Positions 37,258 through 47,366 of a stretch of DNA of 64,000 nucleotides are shown here, one piece after another. Position 1 is the first letter of the stretch. Each line of letters opens with the position of its first letter. The notes beneath the pieces were generated by a model, which was given only the letters and a program-made list of their open reading frames with translations, did no database searches and was not told the DNA's origin. The DNA is from Chloroflexota bacterium (GTDB lineage Bacteria > Chloroflexota > Anaerolineae > Aggregatilineales > Ch27). The stretch is taken from positions 19,405-83,404 of the forward strand of contig JAIOAT010000001.1 of assembly GCA_019873685.1 (NCBI GenBank), written 5' to 3'. Position numbers and translations under genes: made by a program.

Positions 37258-38549
37258 AGCACCTGCGCTCCCAGCTGCGCCAGGGTGGCGGCAAAGCCCG
37301 GAAACGAGTCCGCGGCGCAGGCGGCGTCATTCACGACGGTTGTCGCGGTAGCGATCAGCCCCGCTACGGCCAGACTCATGGCAATCCGGTGATCATCGTG
37401 GCCGTCCACCACAGCTCCATGCAATTGCTGTGGGCCGCGGATGGTGAAACCGTCTTCGTGCTCGGCGATCACCGCGCCCATCTTGCGCAGCTCGGCGGCC
37501 ATGACAGCGATGCGGTCGGTCTCTTTGACTCGCAACTCGCGCGCGTCCCGCACAGTGGTTTCGCCTTCGGCGCACAGGGCGGCGATCATCAGGATTGGAA
37601 ATTCGTCGATCATCCGGACGACCGTCTCTCCCGCGACCTCGCAGGCTCTGAGCGGCGTCGCTGCAACGCTGAGCGTACCGACCGGGTCCCCGCCAGCCGT
37701 CCCGGTCTCCGTCACCGCGATGCGCGCTCCCATTGCCATGAGGACATCCAGCAGGCCGGTGCGGGTTGGATTGAGATCGACGTTTTCCAGGATAACCTGA
37801 CTGCCCGGCACAATGGTTGCTGCCACCAGCAGGAACGCTGCTGACGAAAAGTCCCCCGGCACGGTCAGATCGAGGGGGCGCAGCGGGTTTCCGGGCCGCA
37901 GGGTGACGGTATTGCCGTTCAGCGTCAGGTCTGCCCCCATTGACAGAAGCAGGCGCTCCGTATGATCGCGGGCCGGGCCGGGCTGGATGACGGTTGTGGG
38001 GCCGTCAGCGAACAGGCCGGCCAGCAGCAGAGCGCTTTTGACCTGGCCGCTGGCAATGGGCATGGCATAGTGGATACCGCGCAGGTGGGCTGGCTCGAAG
38101 TGCAACGGTGGCAGGCCATCCGTGTCGGTCACTCGCGCGCCCATCAGTCGGAGTGGCTCCGTCAGGCGGCGCATCGGTCGGCGCCGGAGTTGTGCGGAAC
38201 CATCCAGCGTGCTGGGGAACGGTTGGCCGGCCAGGATACCGGCCAGCAGGCGCAACCCCGTGCCGGCATTGTCCAGATGCAGGGGTTCACGCGGTGGGCG
38301 GAGCGTGCCGCCCTGCACAAGCAAAGTCGTTGGATCGGGGCGCTCTACCGGCACTCCCAGGGCGCGGATTGCGCCCAGGGTAGCCAGCGTATCGCCCGCC
38401 GGGAGCCAGCCGCGGATCGTGCTGGCGCCATGCGCCAGGGCGGCGAACATGACGGCCCGGTGGCTGATGCTTTTGTCGCCGGGGACAGTGATCTGGCCCC
38501 GCAGTGCTGTAGCGGGACGGATGGTCAGGGTGGCGGGATCGGTCATCAT
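37254..38549 (-). CDS. aroA: EPSP synthase
   Basis: PGDKSISHRA, LRRRPM, SGQVKSA, RDHTE, DEFP, KETDR and DHRIAM motifs. Confidence 0.98.
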   Translation of the reverse strand: MMTDPATLTIRPATALRGQITVPGDKSISHRAVMFAALAHGASTIRGWLPAGDTLATLGAIRALGVPVERPDPTTLLVQGGTLRPPREPLHLDNAGTGLRLLAGILAGQPFPSTLDGSAQLRRRPMRRLTEPLRLMGARVTDTDGLPPLHFEPAHLRGIHYAMPIASGQVKSALLLAGLFADGPTTVIQPGPARDHTERLLLSMGADLTLNGNTVTLRPGNPLRPLDLTVPGDFSSAAFLLVAATIVPGSQVILENVDLNPTRTGLLDVLMAMGARIAVTETGTAGGDPVGTLSVAATPLRACEVAGETVVRMIDEFPILMIAALCAEGETTVRDARELRVKETDRIAVMAAELRKMGAVIAEHEDGFTIRGPQQLHGAVVDGHDDHRIAMSLAVAGLIATATTVVNDAACAADSFPGFAATLAQLGAQVL

Positions 38550-39454
38550 TGTTTTTGCCTGTTCGGCAGGAGTTGCTCCAAGCCGTATTCAGCGGCCCAG
38601 CGTACACGCGCATCATGGGCGCTCTGCAGCAGGGCAGCAAGTTCCTCGCTATCGTGGGAAATCAGGGCAACTTCCAGCATGGCCAGCTGGACACGGAACA
38701 GCGCCAGCAGGCGGGCGATGGCGGTTGTGTTGGTGCTGATGATATCACTCATCATACGGATGTCGCTGGCGGCCAGGCGGGAAGTGTCGCGGAAGCCGCT
38801 GGCGGCCAGTTGCCAGATCATCGGATCGACCCGGGCCTCTCCGTCAACAGTGCGCACCAGCGCTGTACTCAGCAGGTAGGGCAGGTGGCTGATCCCGGCA
38901 ACCAGATGGTCATGGCGGTCAGGGTCCATCTCAACCGGCACCGCCGCCAGCGCGTCGACCAGTTCCAGGGCGCGTAGACGCGCGGCAGGAGTGACGCGCC
39001 GCGGCGCACACAGGACAAACGGGCGCCCCCGGTACAGCGTTGCGTCAGCTTCCTGGATGCCGCTGCGCTCTTTGCCGCACATCGGATGACCGCCCATCGC
39101 CAGGACGCTGATCGGCAGGTTGCTCATCGCCTCACAGATGCGGGCCTTGGTGCTGCCCAGATCGATCAGCAGAGTGTTGGCCCGCAGGTAGCTGCCAATG
39201 CGGTTTTGAAGCATATCCAGGATGACCCGCACCGGGGCAGCCAGGATGACGGTTTGCGCCTCACTGACGCCTTCCCGGAGATCAGGTGTTGCAGCGTCGA
39301 CGATGCCGCGCTGGAGAGCGTAGTCCAGCGTTGCGGCGTCCGGATCGACGCCCACCAGGCGCTGGACTTTGTTCCGTAGCGCCAGCGCTGTTGACCCGCC
39401 CATCAGCCCAAGCCCGACAATCGCCACAGTCTGGTCTTGCAGAGTCATGCTCAT
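38546..39454 (-). CDS. tyrA: prephenate dehydrogenase
   Basis: [32 protein letters not shown] and GFRDTSRLA motifs. Confidence 0.94.
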   Translation of the reverse strand: MSMTLQDQTVAIVGLGLMGGSTALALRNKVQRLVGVDPDAATLDYALQRGIVDAATPDLREGVSEAQTVILAAPVRVILDMLQNRIGSYLRANTLLIDLGSTKARICEAMSNLPISVLAMGGHPMCGKERSGIQEADATLYRGRPFVLCAPRRVTPAARLRALELVDALAAVPVEMDPDRHDHLVAGISHLPYLLSTALVRTVDGEARVDPMIWQLAASGFRDTSRLAASDIRMMSDIISTNTTAIARLLALFRVQLAMLEVALISHDSEELAALLQSAHDARVRWAAEYGLEQLLPNRQKQ

Positions 39455-40470
39455 AGCGTCCGATCTACTGCTTCAGCCACCCGGCGCAATTCCTGCACCA
39501 TCTTAGCGAAGCGTTCCGGAGTCAGCGACTGCATACCATCGGAGACGGCTTCCTCCGGCCTGGGATGCACCTCGACAATGATTCCGTCCGCGCCAGCGGC
39601 AATCGCCGCGCGGGCCGCGGGGGCCACGTACTGCCAGTAACCAGTGGCGTGACTGGGATCAGCGATCACGGGCAGGTGGGTGCGTTCCTTGAGGACGGGG
39701 ATGGCATTAAGGTCAAAGGTATTGCGGGTGTACCGCTCAAACGTGCGGATGCCACGCTCGCACAACATCAGACGGGTGTTCCCGTGGCTGAGGATGTACT
39801 CGGCAGACATCAGCAGCTCCTCGATAGTATTGCTCATGCCGCGCTTGAGCAATACGGTGTGTTGCGCCTTGCCAACTGCGTGCAATAGCGAGTAGTTCTG
39901 CATGTTACGCGCACCGATCTGCAGGACATCGGCGTAGTCGCAGACCAGCGGGACACTCTCCGGATCCATGACTTCGGTCACGACGGGCAGGCCGGTTTCC
40001 TCTCGCGCCTCTGCCAGGTACTTCAACCCTTCTTCGCCCAGACCCTGAAAGGCGTAGGGCGATGTGCGCGGCTTGAATGCGCCGCCGCGTAGGGCGGTCG
40101 CGCCGGCTTCTTTGACAGCATGGGCTGTCTCCAGAATCTGCGCACGGCTTTCTACTGAGCAGGGGCCGGCGATCACCACGATTCGTGTGTCGCCCACCTG
40201 GTGGTCGTTGAGGGCGACCAGGGTGTTATCCGGATGGAACTCGCGGCTGGCCAGCTTGTAAGGATGGCTGACCGGCATCGTGCGCTCGACGCCGTCCATC
40301 AGTTCGAATTGTTCGCGGTATTGCCGGACGCTGCCATCCCCGACGATACCGATGATGGTACGCTCCTGACCGCTGCTGAGGTGAGCTTCATAGCCGAGTT
40401 TCTTGATCTTGGCGATTACCGCAGAAATCTCTTTGGTTGTGGCACCAGCCTTCATCACAACAATCATCAT
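39451..40470 (-). CDS. aroF: DAHP synthase, type I-beta with N-terminal regulatory domain
   Basis: [42 protein letters not shown] and DPSH motifs. Confidence 0.97.
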   Translation of the reverse strand: MMIVVMKAGATTKEISAVIAKIKKLGYEAHLSSGQERTIIGIVGDGSVRQYREQFELMDGVERTMPVSHPYKLASREFHPDNTLVALNDHQVGDTRIVVIAGPCSVESRAQILETAHAVKEAGATALRGGAFKPRTSPYAFQGLGEEGLKYLAEAREETGLPVVTEVMDPESVPLVCDYADVLQIGARNMQNYSLLHAVGKAQHTVLLKRGMSNTIEELLMSAEYILSHGNTRLMLCERGIRTFERYTRNTFDLNAIPVLKERTHLPVIADPSHATGYWQYVAPAARAAIAAGADGIIVEVHPRPEEAVSDGMQSLTPERFAKMVQELRRVAEAVDRTL

Positions 40471-40904
40471 TCATTTCTCCTTGCCCCGGCGGGGCTATCA
40501 CTATCGTCAGGCACGGGCGGGATGTTCAGAGCGCGGTCTGGCCGCAGGACTTCCGCCCCACGCAGGTAGACATGCCGGATTTCATGCTGAGGAAGGTGGG
40601 TATTCCAGTGGATGAGGACGCGGATGCAACGGGGCAGGCTGCCCGGCGGCGCGATCTCGACGGCGCTGAGCAGGGCAGCATCCTGCCAGCCGATCTGCCG
40701 CGCAGCGGTGGCCGGGTAGGCGCTGGTCAGGTCCGGCGTCGCGGTGAAGATTGCGCTGGCGACATCGGCCTCTTCAATGGCGTTGGCGGCGATCAACGCC
40801 CTGAGCAGCTCCCGTGTGACGCGGTGGATGTCCTCCGGGGTATCAGCGTCGGCGACGGTAGCGCCGCGAACGCCCCGGCACACTCTGGGGGGAAGATCGA
40901 CCAT
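40467..40904 (-). CDS. aroH: chorismate mutase, AroH class
   Basis: [34 protein letters not shown] and HVYL motifs. Confidence 0.95.
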   Translation of the reverse strand: MVDLPPRVCRGVRGATVADADTPEDIHRVTRELLRALIAANAIEEADVASAIFTATPDLTSAYPATAARQIGWQDAALLSAVEIAPPGSLPRCIRVLIHWNTHLPQHEIRHVYLRGAEVLRPDRALNIPPVPDDSDSPAGARRNE

Positions 40905-40939
40905 GAAGCCCCTCCTTCCTGCAGCAAGTTGCTGATAAC

Positions 40940-40970
40940 AAAAAAGCGCAGGGGCGTTAGCCCTGCGCTT
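40940..40970 (-). terminator. attenuator terminator of aro operon leader
   Basis: Transcript AAGCGCAGGG-CUAACGC-CCCUGCGCUU-UUUU; perfect 10-bp stem plus U-run, 35 nt before the aroH start. Confidence 0.9.
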
Positions 40971-41001
40971 CCCTTAACCCGGTGTGATGCGTCGTCAGCC
41001 G

Positions 41002-41112
41002 CTAACGCCTGCGTCCGTTATGTCGCTTCGCGTAAAAGTAGAAGCCAAAATAGCCGCAGGTACGGCGGCTATAGACATGGTTCTCAAGGGCGGAGCGAAC
41101 GGACTCAGGCAC
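41002..41112 (-). CDS. Phe/Tyr-rich leader peptide, 36 aa (MPESVRSALENHVYSRRTCGYFGFYFYAKRHNGRRR)
   Basis: GGAG RBS 8 nt before GTG; the YFGFYFY tract (41032-41052) has 6 of 7 Phe/Tyr codons; too short for the ORF track. Confidence 0.85.
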   Translation of the reverse strand: MPESVRSALENHVYSRRTCGYFGFYFYAKRHNGRRR

Positions 41113-41145
41113 GCTGGTAACTCCTGTGCAACCTGATTTGGCTAG

Positions 41146-41174
41146 AGCATAGCCGGATAACCCGGCGCTGTCAA
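41146..41174 (-). promoter_or_regulatory. sigma70 promoter TTGACA-N17-TATGCT for aro operon leader
   Basis: Plus strand TGTCAA at 41169-41174 and AGCATA at 41146-41151. Confidence 0.8.
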
Positions 41175-41217
41175 CAAACTCGCGGGCAGCTTTGTGCAGG
41201 TTAACCGGGCGCCTACG

Positions 41218-42204
41218 TTACCAGCGGTCATGCACGTGCTGGCGGATATAGCGATCGTAAACCTCGACCACCTTGTCCATATACGGTTTGGGCAGCGGAG
41301 CTAGCTCTGCTGCAGCGATGTTCTGGCGGGCCTGGTCGGGCCGCTTGATGCCGGGGATGGCACAGGTTACGGCATCGAACATCGTGATCCAGCGCAGCGC
41401 GGCCTGAATCATAGTGTAACCCGGCGGCAGAGCGGCTTTCAACTCCTCAACCGCCTGCAGGCCGATTTCGTAAGGTACGCCGGAGAAGGTCTCGCCTACG
41501 TCGAAGGCTTCCCCGTAGCGGTTATAGTTACGGTGATCATCCGCGCTGAACTGGGTTTGAGGTGTCATCTTGCCGGTCAGCAGGCCGCTGGCCAGCGGGA
41601 CACGGGCCAGGATGCCCACCTGTTTCTGCCTGGCTACGGGGAAGAACTCCTCGGCTGGCTTGAGGCGGAACATGTTGAAGATGATCTGAACGCTCTGAAT
41701 GTTCGGGTAGCGTTCGATGGCGGTGAGCGCCTCGCTGACCTTCTCCACACTGATACCGTAGTAACGGATCTTGCCTTCCTGCACCAGACGTTCCAGGGCT
41801 TCAAAGGTGGAGTCCTGGGTGTACACCGGTGTTGGCGGGCAGTGGAGCTGAACCAGATCGAGTGTTTCGGTGTCAAGATTCCTCAGGCTGCGCTCCACAA
41901 ACGCCGACAGATTGGCGTAGTTGTAACCTTCCGGGACATGGGGGTTGAGACGGCGGCCAGCTTTGGTAGCGACAAAGACGCGCTCCCGGCGGCCCTTCAA
42001 CACCCGGGCGATCAGGCGCTCGCTGCGTCCGTCGCCATAAACATCAGCGGTGTCGATGAAATTGACTCCCAGGTCGATCGCGGTGTTCAGCGCGCCCAGG
42101 GCGTCCTCTTCGCTGACGCGGCCCCAGTCGGCACCAATCGCCCAGGCGCCGAAACTGATGACCGATACACGCATGTCGGTGCGACCTAACTGCCGGTATT
42201 CCAT
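41218..42204 (-). CDS. aldo/keto reductase
   Basis: YRQLGRTDMRVSVISFGAW, IDTADVYG, ATKAG, DLVQLH, GKIRYYGIS and PLASGLLTGK motifs. Confidence 0.95.
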   Translation of the reverse strand: MEYRQLGRTDMRVSVISFGAWAIGADWGRVSEEDALGALNTAIDLGVNFIDTADVYGDGRSERLIARVLKGRRERVFVATKAGRRLNPHVPEGYNYANLSAFVERSLRNLDTETLDLVQLHCPPTPVYTQDSTFEALERLVQEGKIRYYGISVEKVSEALTAIERYPNIQSVQIIFNMFRLKPAEEFFPVARQKQVGILARVPLASGLLTGKMTPQTQFSADDHRNYNRYGEAFDVGETFSGVPYEIGLQAVEELKAALPPGYTMIQAALRWITMFDAVTCAIPGIKRPDQARQNIAAAELAPLPKPYMDKVVEVYDRYIRQHVHDRW

Positions 42205-42308
42205 GAACTACTCCTCCTTGATGGTTCGCACCGCGATCAGGCGCGGGCGCCATGGCTTACAGGCCAGCGACAAATGCAGAGCTGAACGGATCCTCTCCGC
42301 GGTGTACT

Positions 42309-43031
42309 TCATGAGCGGCGTCGCGGCGCGCGCTGAAAGGCTAGCGGCAGCAGCGCCAGTATCAGCACAACCAGCACCCACGACCAGGACTCACTGATAG
42401 CAGCCACGATGACCGAGGGGATGATGTCGTAGGTAATCAGCAGTCCGATCAGGCCGGCGATCAGCAGGATGATGCCGGGCGTCGCCAGGCGGGATTCGCG
42501 TTGCCGATCTCCAATGTAGGTGAGCAGGATGACCAGGCCGAGGATGGCAACATAGAGCGGCCACAGGCGGCCATCCAGCACGCCCTGAGCGTAGGCTACG
42601 ACGGTTGTCCCCACCCAGAGCAACAGCGTAAGCGCCACAAACAGCGCTCCACGCGCCTGGCGACCGCTATAGCGCCAGTAGGCCAGCAGACTGAGCGCCC
42701 AACCGATGATCGCAATCGCCGCGATCACGCCGGGCACGAGGATATAGCCGCCGGAGAAGACCGGCCATACCAGAATCACGCCAAGCGCGATCAGCAGAAT
42801 CCCGGCCAGTGTCGTGTGTAACCCGCGTGACGAACGCTCAACTGGCCGGTAGGCCGGCCGGCGCACCAGTTCAGGAATCTCGCGCCCGGTAAGCTGACTC
42901 TCCTCGGCTGCCGTCGTTGCTATCTCGGACGCTGCGCTATCATCTGGCGGCTGATCTGCTGGCGTTTCTGGCAGGGACGGAGTTGCCTCCGTGTCCTCGG
43001 GGATGGCCTTGTGATCATGCAGGTCGGACAT
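42309..43031 (-). CDS. membrane protein with acidic N-tail and about 6 TM helices (LiaF/DUF5668-like)
   Basis: Repeated GILLIALG / GIILLIAG helix pattern. Confidence 0.7.
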   Translation of the reverse strand: MSDLHDHKAIPEDTEATPSLPETPADQPPDDSAASEIATTAAEESQLTGREIPELVRRPAYRPVERSSRGLHTTLAGILLIALGVILVWPVFSGGYILVPGVIAAIAIIGWALSLLAYWRYSGRQARGALFVALTLLLWVGTTVVAYAQGVLDGRLWPLYVAILGLVILLTYIGDRQRESRLATPGIILLIAGLIGLLITYDIIPSVIVAAISESWSWVLVVLILALLPLAFQRAPRRRS

Positions 43032-43067
43032 GCTCTGCTCTCTCCAGTTACAGGAGCGTTGCCGCCT

Positions 43068-43076
43068 ATTCTAGCA
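43068..43076 (-). promoter_or_regulatory. extended -10 TGcTAGAAT
   Basis: Plus strand ATTCTAGCA, about 37 bp upstream of the 43031 start. Confidence 0.45.
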
Positions 43077-43205
43077 GACCTTGTGACTCCGCGCCCAGCA
43101 GCTTCTGCGGAGACGGTTGGGATGCCGGAGGTATACCACATTCAGGAAGGGTTGAGTACACTCATGCTGTGCGCGGCCACATTATTCCCGGAGGCAAGCC
43201 AGCTT

Positions 43206-44051
43206 ATGCGGGGCGACCACACCGATCTCGTCATTTCCACTGCTCTGCGCGAGTCGATGACAACCATCGCGGGGGCTATCTGTACCGTCTGGGAAACGGA
43301 ATTTGACACGCCGGCCGTCTACGCGGAACACTGCCGAGTCAACGCTGCCGACCTGGCTCATTCCGTGATGGCTTACCTGCCCGATGGCCAGTTTGTCGGA
43401 ATCGGGGTGCTATGCCGCCGGGGGAAACGAGGATTCGTACTCGATTTTGGCGTGGCGCCGCGTTTCCGCCACCGGGGGTACGGGCACAAACTGTTTGCCG
43501 CGCTGGTCGAACAGGCGCAGCTGGCAGGGCTGCAGGAGGTATCGCTGCTGGTGAACGTCACTAACGAGGCGGCGGTACGGATTTACCGGCAGGCTGGCTT
43601 TCAGCATGTGCGCGAGGTGGCGACTCTACGCGGACATATTGAGGCTGGCGGAACCGATGGGGCGCAGGAACGGTTGGGCGATATTGAAGCAGCGGTGGTG
43701 AACTGGTTCGGCGGTGGTAAATCTACACGGCCGACGTGGGAGCGCGATCTCGCTTCCCTGCTGGCGATGGCGGATGCCCGCGCATTTGAGAACCGGCGCG
43801 GGTTGCTGCTGGCCCGCCGCTCGGTTTACTTCCGGCAGACCGAAATCGTTCATCTCGGCCTGCGACCCGATGCTGAGCTTGAGGATGTGCACGCACTGTT
43901 GCAGGCTGCCTGTGTTGCGTTCGATCCTCATCTGCCGTTGGCGCTGCTGGAAGAGCCACTAACCAGCCGGACCTATGAGCGGTTGAGTGCGCTGGGTTTC
44001 CGTCCGGTGGAGCGCGCCTACGAAATGCGGCTCGACCTGACAAACCTTTAA
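43206..44051 (+). CDS. GNAT-family acetyltransferase (two-domain)
   Basis: FGVAPRFRHRGYGHKL and LLVNVTNEAAVRIYRQAGF motifs; ATG 43206 follows GGAGG. The track start 43011 overlaps the divergent gene. Confidence 0.85.
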   Translation: MRGDHTDLVISTALRESMTTIAGAICTVWETEFDTPAVYAEHCRVNAADLAHSVMAYLPDGQFVGIGVLCRRGKRGFVLDFGVAPRFRHRGYGHKLFAALVEQAQLAGLQEVSLLVNVTNEAAVRIYRQAGFQHVREVATLRGHIEAGGTDGAQERLGDIEAAVVNWFGGGKSTRPTWERDLASLLAMADARAFENRRGLLLARRSVYFRQTEIVHLGLRPDAELEDVHALLQAACVAFDPHLPLALLEEPLTSRTYERLSALGFRPVERAYEMRLDLTNL

Positions 44052-44060
44052 GATTGGGGA

Positions 44061-44795
44061 TTACTCAGGCGGCCAGACACGCTGCGGGATCATGTTCACG
44101 TAGTCTGCAGCTACCAGGTGATAACGGGTGCCCTCCCGTTCGCCGGTAATGGCGGTTGCCCATTCGCCGGGGAGATGCAGGTGACCATAAACACAGGCAT
44201 CAGGCTGGAAATGGCGGATCACCTCGGTAAAGCCGCTGGCCTGGCCGCTGGAAGTGTACGGCGGGTAATGCAACATTAGGATCACTGGCTCACCATTGGT
44301 TCGTTGTTCCTGCGCCGTTTGCAGTGCCTGGCGTAGCCAGTGTAGTTCCCGGCGGTAGCTCTTGAGTTTATGCGGCTGATAGTAGGGATCATTGGGCGCG
44401 ATGTGGCCCATCGTGCCGCAGACGAGTACGCCATCCAGCCGCACACAGGAACCCTGAACAGCCAGTATGTCCGCTGGCAATACCTGACGGCGAACCTGTT
44501 CCAGCTTCTTCCACCAGAAATCATGATTGCCGCGAACAAGGACCTTTCGCCCCGGCAGGGAGGCAAGCCACTGGACATCTGGGAGCACCTGTAGCGGCGA
44601 ATGCGCCCAGCTCAGGTCGCCGGGCAGCAGCACCACATCGCCTGGAGCGACGCGTTCCTCCCAGGCGGCGCGGAGTCGCGCCACGTGATCCTTCCAGACA
44701 GATCCGTAGCGAGTCTGGTCGCGCGGTCTGGCCAGGCTCAGATGCAGGTCAGAGATGGCCCAGATGCAGGTGCGGGCAGGAACTTGAACGGCGAT
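44061..44795 (-). CDS. calcineurin-like metallophosphoesterase, start codon non-canonical or uncertain
   Basis: Upstream of the track start the frame reads IWAISDLHLSL; then PGDLSWA, RGNHDFWW, MLHYPP and VYGHLH. There is no ATG/GTG/TTG between the in-frame TGA (44814-16) and the DLH motif; an ATC at 44795 follows GGAG by 8 nt. Confidence 0.85.
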   Translation of the reverse strand: MAVQVPARTCIWAISDLHLSLARPRDQTRYGSVWKDHVARLRAAWEERVAPGDVVLLPGDLSWAHSPLQVLPDVQWLASLPGRKVLVRGNHDFWWKKLEQVRRQVLPADILAVQGSCVRLDGVLVCGTMGHIAPNDPYYQPHKLKSYRRELHWLRQALQTAQEQRTNGEPVILMLHYPPYTSSGQASGFTEVIRHFQPDACVYGHLHLPGEWATAITGEREGTRYHLVAADYVNMIPQRVWPPE

Positions 44796-44813
44796 GGGTC
44801 TATCTCCAGGTTG

Positions 44814-45143
44814 TCAGATACTGCTGAAGATGTTCTGCAGGAAGAGAGCCGCATCCAGGACGTGTCTTTCAAAATCATCCAGGCTACTGTACTGGCGCCC
44901 GACCAGGGCGAGACTGTGTTTCTGGATGGCGTCAATGATCCGGGAAAGATCGTATTCCGCCCAGATATCCAGCACGCCATTGGTGTAATGAGCAAGACTG
45001 GCAACGGCCTGCCACAGCCGTTGCCAGTGCAGCTCATCAAAGAAGCGCCTAGACTCCAGGCTGTCCAGGAATCCCCCTCGCCCTTCAGCCTCAAAGAAGA
45101 GGATGTCGGCGGCTTCCTGTTGGTCCAGCTCCACCGAGTTCAT
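44814..45143 (-). CDS. hypothetical acidic helical protein (109 aa)
   Basis: ATG 15 bp after the tkt stop; protein-like composition; no motif recognised. Confidence 0.7.
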   Translation of the reverse strand: MNSVELDQQEAADILFFEAEGRGGFLDSLESRRFFDELHWQRLWQAVASLAHYTNGVLDIWAEYDLSRIIDAIQKHSLALVGRQYSSLDDFERHVLDAALFLQNIFSSI

Positions 45144-45158
45144 CCGGTCACCATGGCG

Positions 45159-47165
45159 CTAGCCCTGTAGCAGCCGCTTGGCCGCCTCCACCACAGCCTC
45201 AGTAGTCAGGCCGAAGTGCTGATAGATCACCTTCATAGGCGCCGAGGCCCCAAAGCGCTCCACGCTGATGATAACGCCTTCGTTGCCTACCCAGCGGTGC
45301 CAGCCCATCCCCACACCGGCTTCGATGCTTACCCGTTTGCGGACGTCAGGCGGCAGGACAGACTGGCGGTATTCCAGCGGCTGGCGGGCGAACAGTTCCT
45401 GGCTGGGCATACTGACCACGCGCACCGCAATCCCCTCCGCGGCAAGCTGCCGCCCGGCGGCCAGCGCAAGCTGCACTTCGCTGCCCGTACCGATCAGGAT
45501 GACCTCCGGTTTGGGCGCGCTGTCGAAGAGGATATAAGCGCCTTTACGTACATCGCCAACCATCGCCGGGTCGAGCACCGGCAAGTCCTGGCGGGTCAGT
45601 ACCAAGGCGACCGGGCCGCGGCTTTCCATAATGGCGCGGTAAGCGCCAACGGTCTCATTGGCATCTGCCGGGCGAATCACAGTCAGGTTCGGGATGGCCC
45701 GCAGAGCGGCCAGATGCTCGACGGGCTGATGAGTAGGGCCATCTTCGCCGACGCCCACGCTGTCGTGAGTGAAGATGTACAGGGTGGGCAGATCCATCAG
45801 GGCGCCCAGACGTACGGCAGGGCGCATGTAATCGCTGAAAACCATGAAGGTAGCGGAATACGGCCGGCAGATACCGCCGTGCAGCGCCATACCGTTGACC
45901 ATCGCGCCCATAGCATGCTCACGGACGCCAAAGCGCACATTGCGGGCGCTGTAGTCGTGCCGGCTGAAGTTGCCGCTGCCGCTGATCAGGGTATTGGTGC
46001 TGGGCGCCAGGTCAGCGTCGCCGCCAATCATGGTCTTCACTCGGCTGGCGATAGCGTTCAGAACCTTGCCGCCAGCCTTGCGAGTAGCCATGGCCCCGCT
46101 TTCCGGGGAAAAGGTGGGCAGGTCGGCATCCCAGTCTGCCGGTAGCTCGCCGGCCCAGGCCCGCGCCAGTTCCGCGTAGAGATCCGGATAGGCCGCTTCG
46201 TAAGCTGCCAGCAACTCACTCCATGCCTGCTGGCTTTCGCGGCCACGATCTTTAGCCTTGCGCATGTGGTCAAGGACTTCCGGGGGGACGTAGAAGGTCG
46301 GTTCAACCGGCCAGCCCAGATTCTCCTTGGTCAGGCGCACCTCATCCGCACCCAGCGGGGAGCCGTGGGCTTCGTGGGAATTGGCCTTGTTGGGGCTGCC
46401 ATAGCCGATGGTTGTGCGGACATCAATCAGGACTGGCCGATCGGTGACCTGACGGGCTGCGCGGAGGGCGTCTGCCAGCGCCTCAACGTCATTGCCGTCG
46501 TCAACGCGGAGCACATGCCAGCCGTAAGCCCTGAAGCGTGCCGGGATATCTTCGCTGAAGGTATCCCTGGTGGGACCGGCCAGGGTGATGTGGTTGTCGT
46601 CGTACAGGCAGATGAGCTTATGGAGGCCAAGGTGCCCAGCCAGTGAAGCCGCCTCATGGCTGATGCCTTCCATGAGGTCGCCATCCGAGGCCAGGACATA
46701 GGTGTAGTGATCAATGATGGGGTAACCGGGGCGGTTGAAAACGGCAGCAAGGTGCGCCTCCGCCACGGCCATGCCCACTGCCGTGGCAAAGCCCTGCCCA
46801 AGCGGGCCAGTTGTGGTTTCCACACCGGGCGTTTCACCGTATTCTGGGTGACCGGGGGTAGCGCTCCCCCACTGGCGGAACTGCTTGAGGTCTTCCAGGG
46901 AGACGCCATAGCCGGTCAGGTAGAGCAGACTGTAGAGCAACATGCTGCCATGACCGGCAGACAGGACAAACCGGTCACGATCAGGCCATTCCGGGTTGGT
47001 GGGGTTATGCTTCAGAAACTGAGTCCACAGCACATAGGCCATTGGCGCCGCGCCCATGGGCAGGCCGGGATGCCCGCTATTGGCCTTCTGGATAGCGTCA
47101 ACCGCGAGCATCCGAATGGTATTGATGCTGAGGCTGGCGATATCCGTCTGGGTCATGGTTGACAC
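45159..47165 (-). CDS. tkt: transketolase
   Basis: [51 protein letters not shown] and [16 protein letters not shown] motifs. Confidence 0.98.
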   Translation of the reverse strand: MSTMTQTDIASLSINTIRMLAVDAIQKANSGHPGLPMGAAPMAYVLWTQFLKHNPTNPEWPDRDRFVLSAGHGSMLLYSLLYLTGYGVSLEDLKQFRQWGSATPGHPEYGETPGVETTTGPLGQGFATAVGMAVAEAHLAAVFNRPGYPIIDHYTYVLASDGDLMEGISHEAASLAGHLGLHKLICLYDDNHITLAGPTRDTFSEDIPARFRAYGWHVLRVDDGNDVEALADALRAARQVTDRPVLIDVRTTIGYGSPNKANSHEAHGSPLGADEVRLTKENLGWPVEPTFYVPPEVLDHMRKAKDRGRESQQAWSELLAAYEAAYPDLYAELARAWAGELPADWDADLPTFSPESGAMATRKAGGKVLNAIASRVKTMIGGDADLAPSTNTLISGSGNFSRHDYSARNVRFGVREHAMGAMVNGMALHGGICRPYSATFMVFSDYMRPAVRLGALMDLPTLYIFTHDSVGVGEDGPTHQPVEHLAALRAIPNLTVIRPADANETVGAYRAIMESRGPVALVLTRQDLPVLDPAMVGDVRKGAYILFDSAPKPEVILIGTGSEVQLALAAGRQLAAEGIAVRVVSMPSQELFARQPLEYRQSVLPPDVRKRVSIEAGVGMGWHRWVGNEGVIISVERFGASAPMKVIYQHFGLTTEAVVEAAKRLLQG

Positions 47166-47366
47166 GGAAGTTCACTCCTTTGGCGACACGCGAGCCGCAC
47201 GCAAGTGCCCCCTATTATAGCGGATGGGCGATGGGCAACCATGCCCAATCGAGGGGACAGACGCGATCCACGACAGGAATCTGCCGGTACGTTACCTCGC
47301 CGACCAGTTCACCAATGCACCCTTTGCCGGGTTGTCAGCAGTTCTGACTGCTCCGGTGAGCCATAC

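Noticed and set aside
41010-41079. Alternative ATG-initiated leader frame (MSIAAVPAAILAS...)
   Set aside because: Weak RBS and no regulatory codon cluster; the GTG frame with YFGFYFY explains the structure better.
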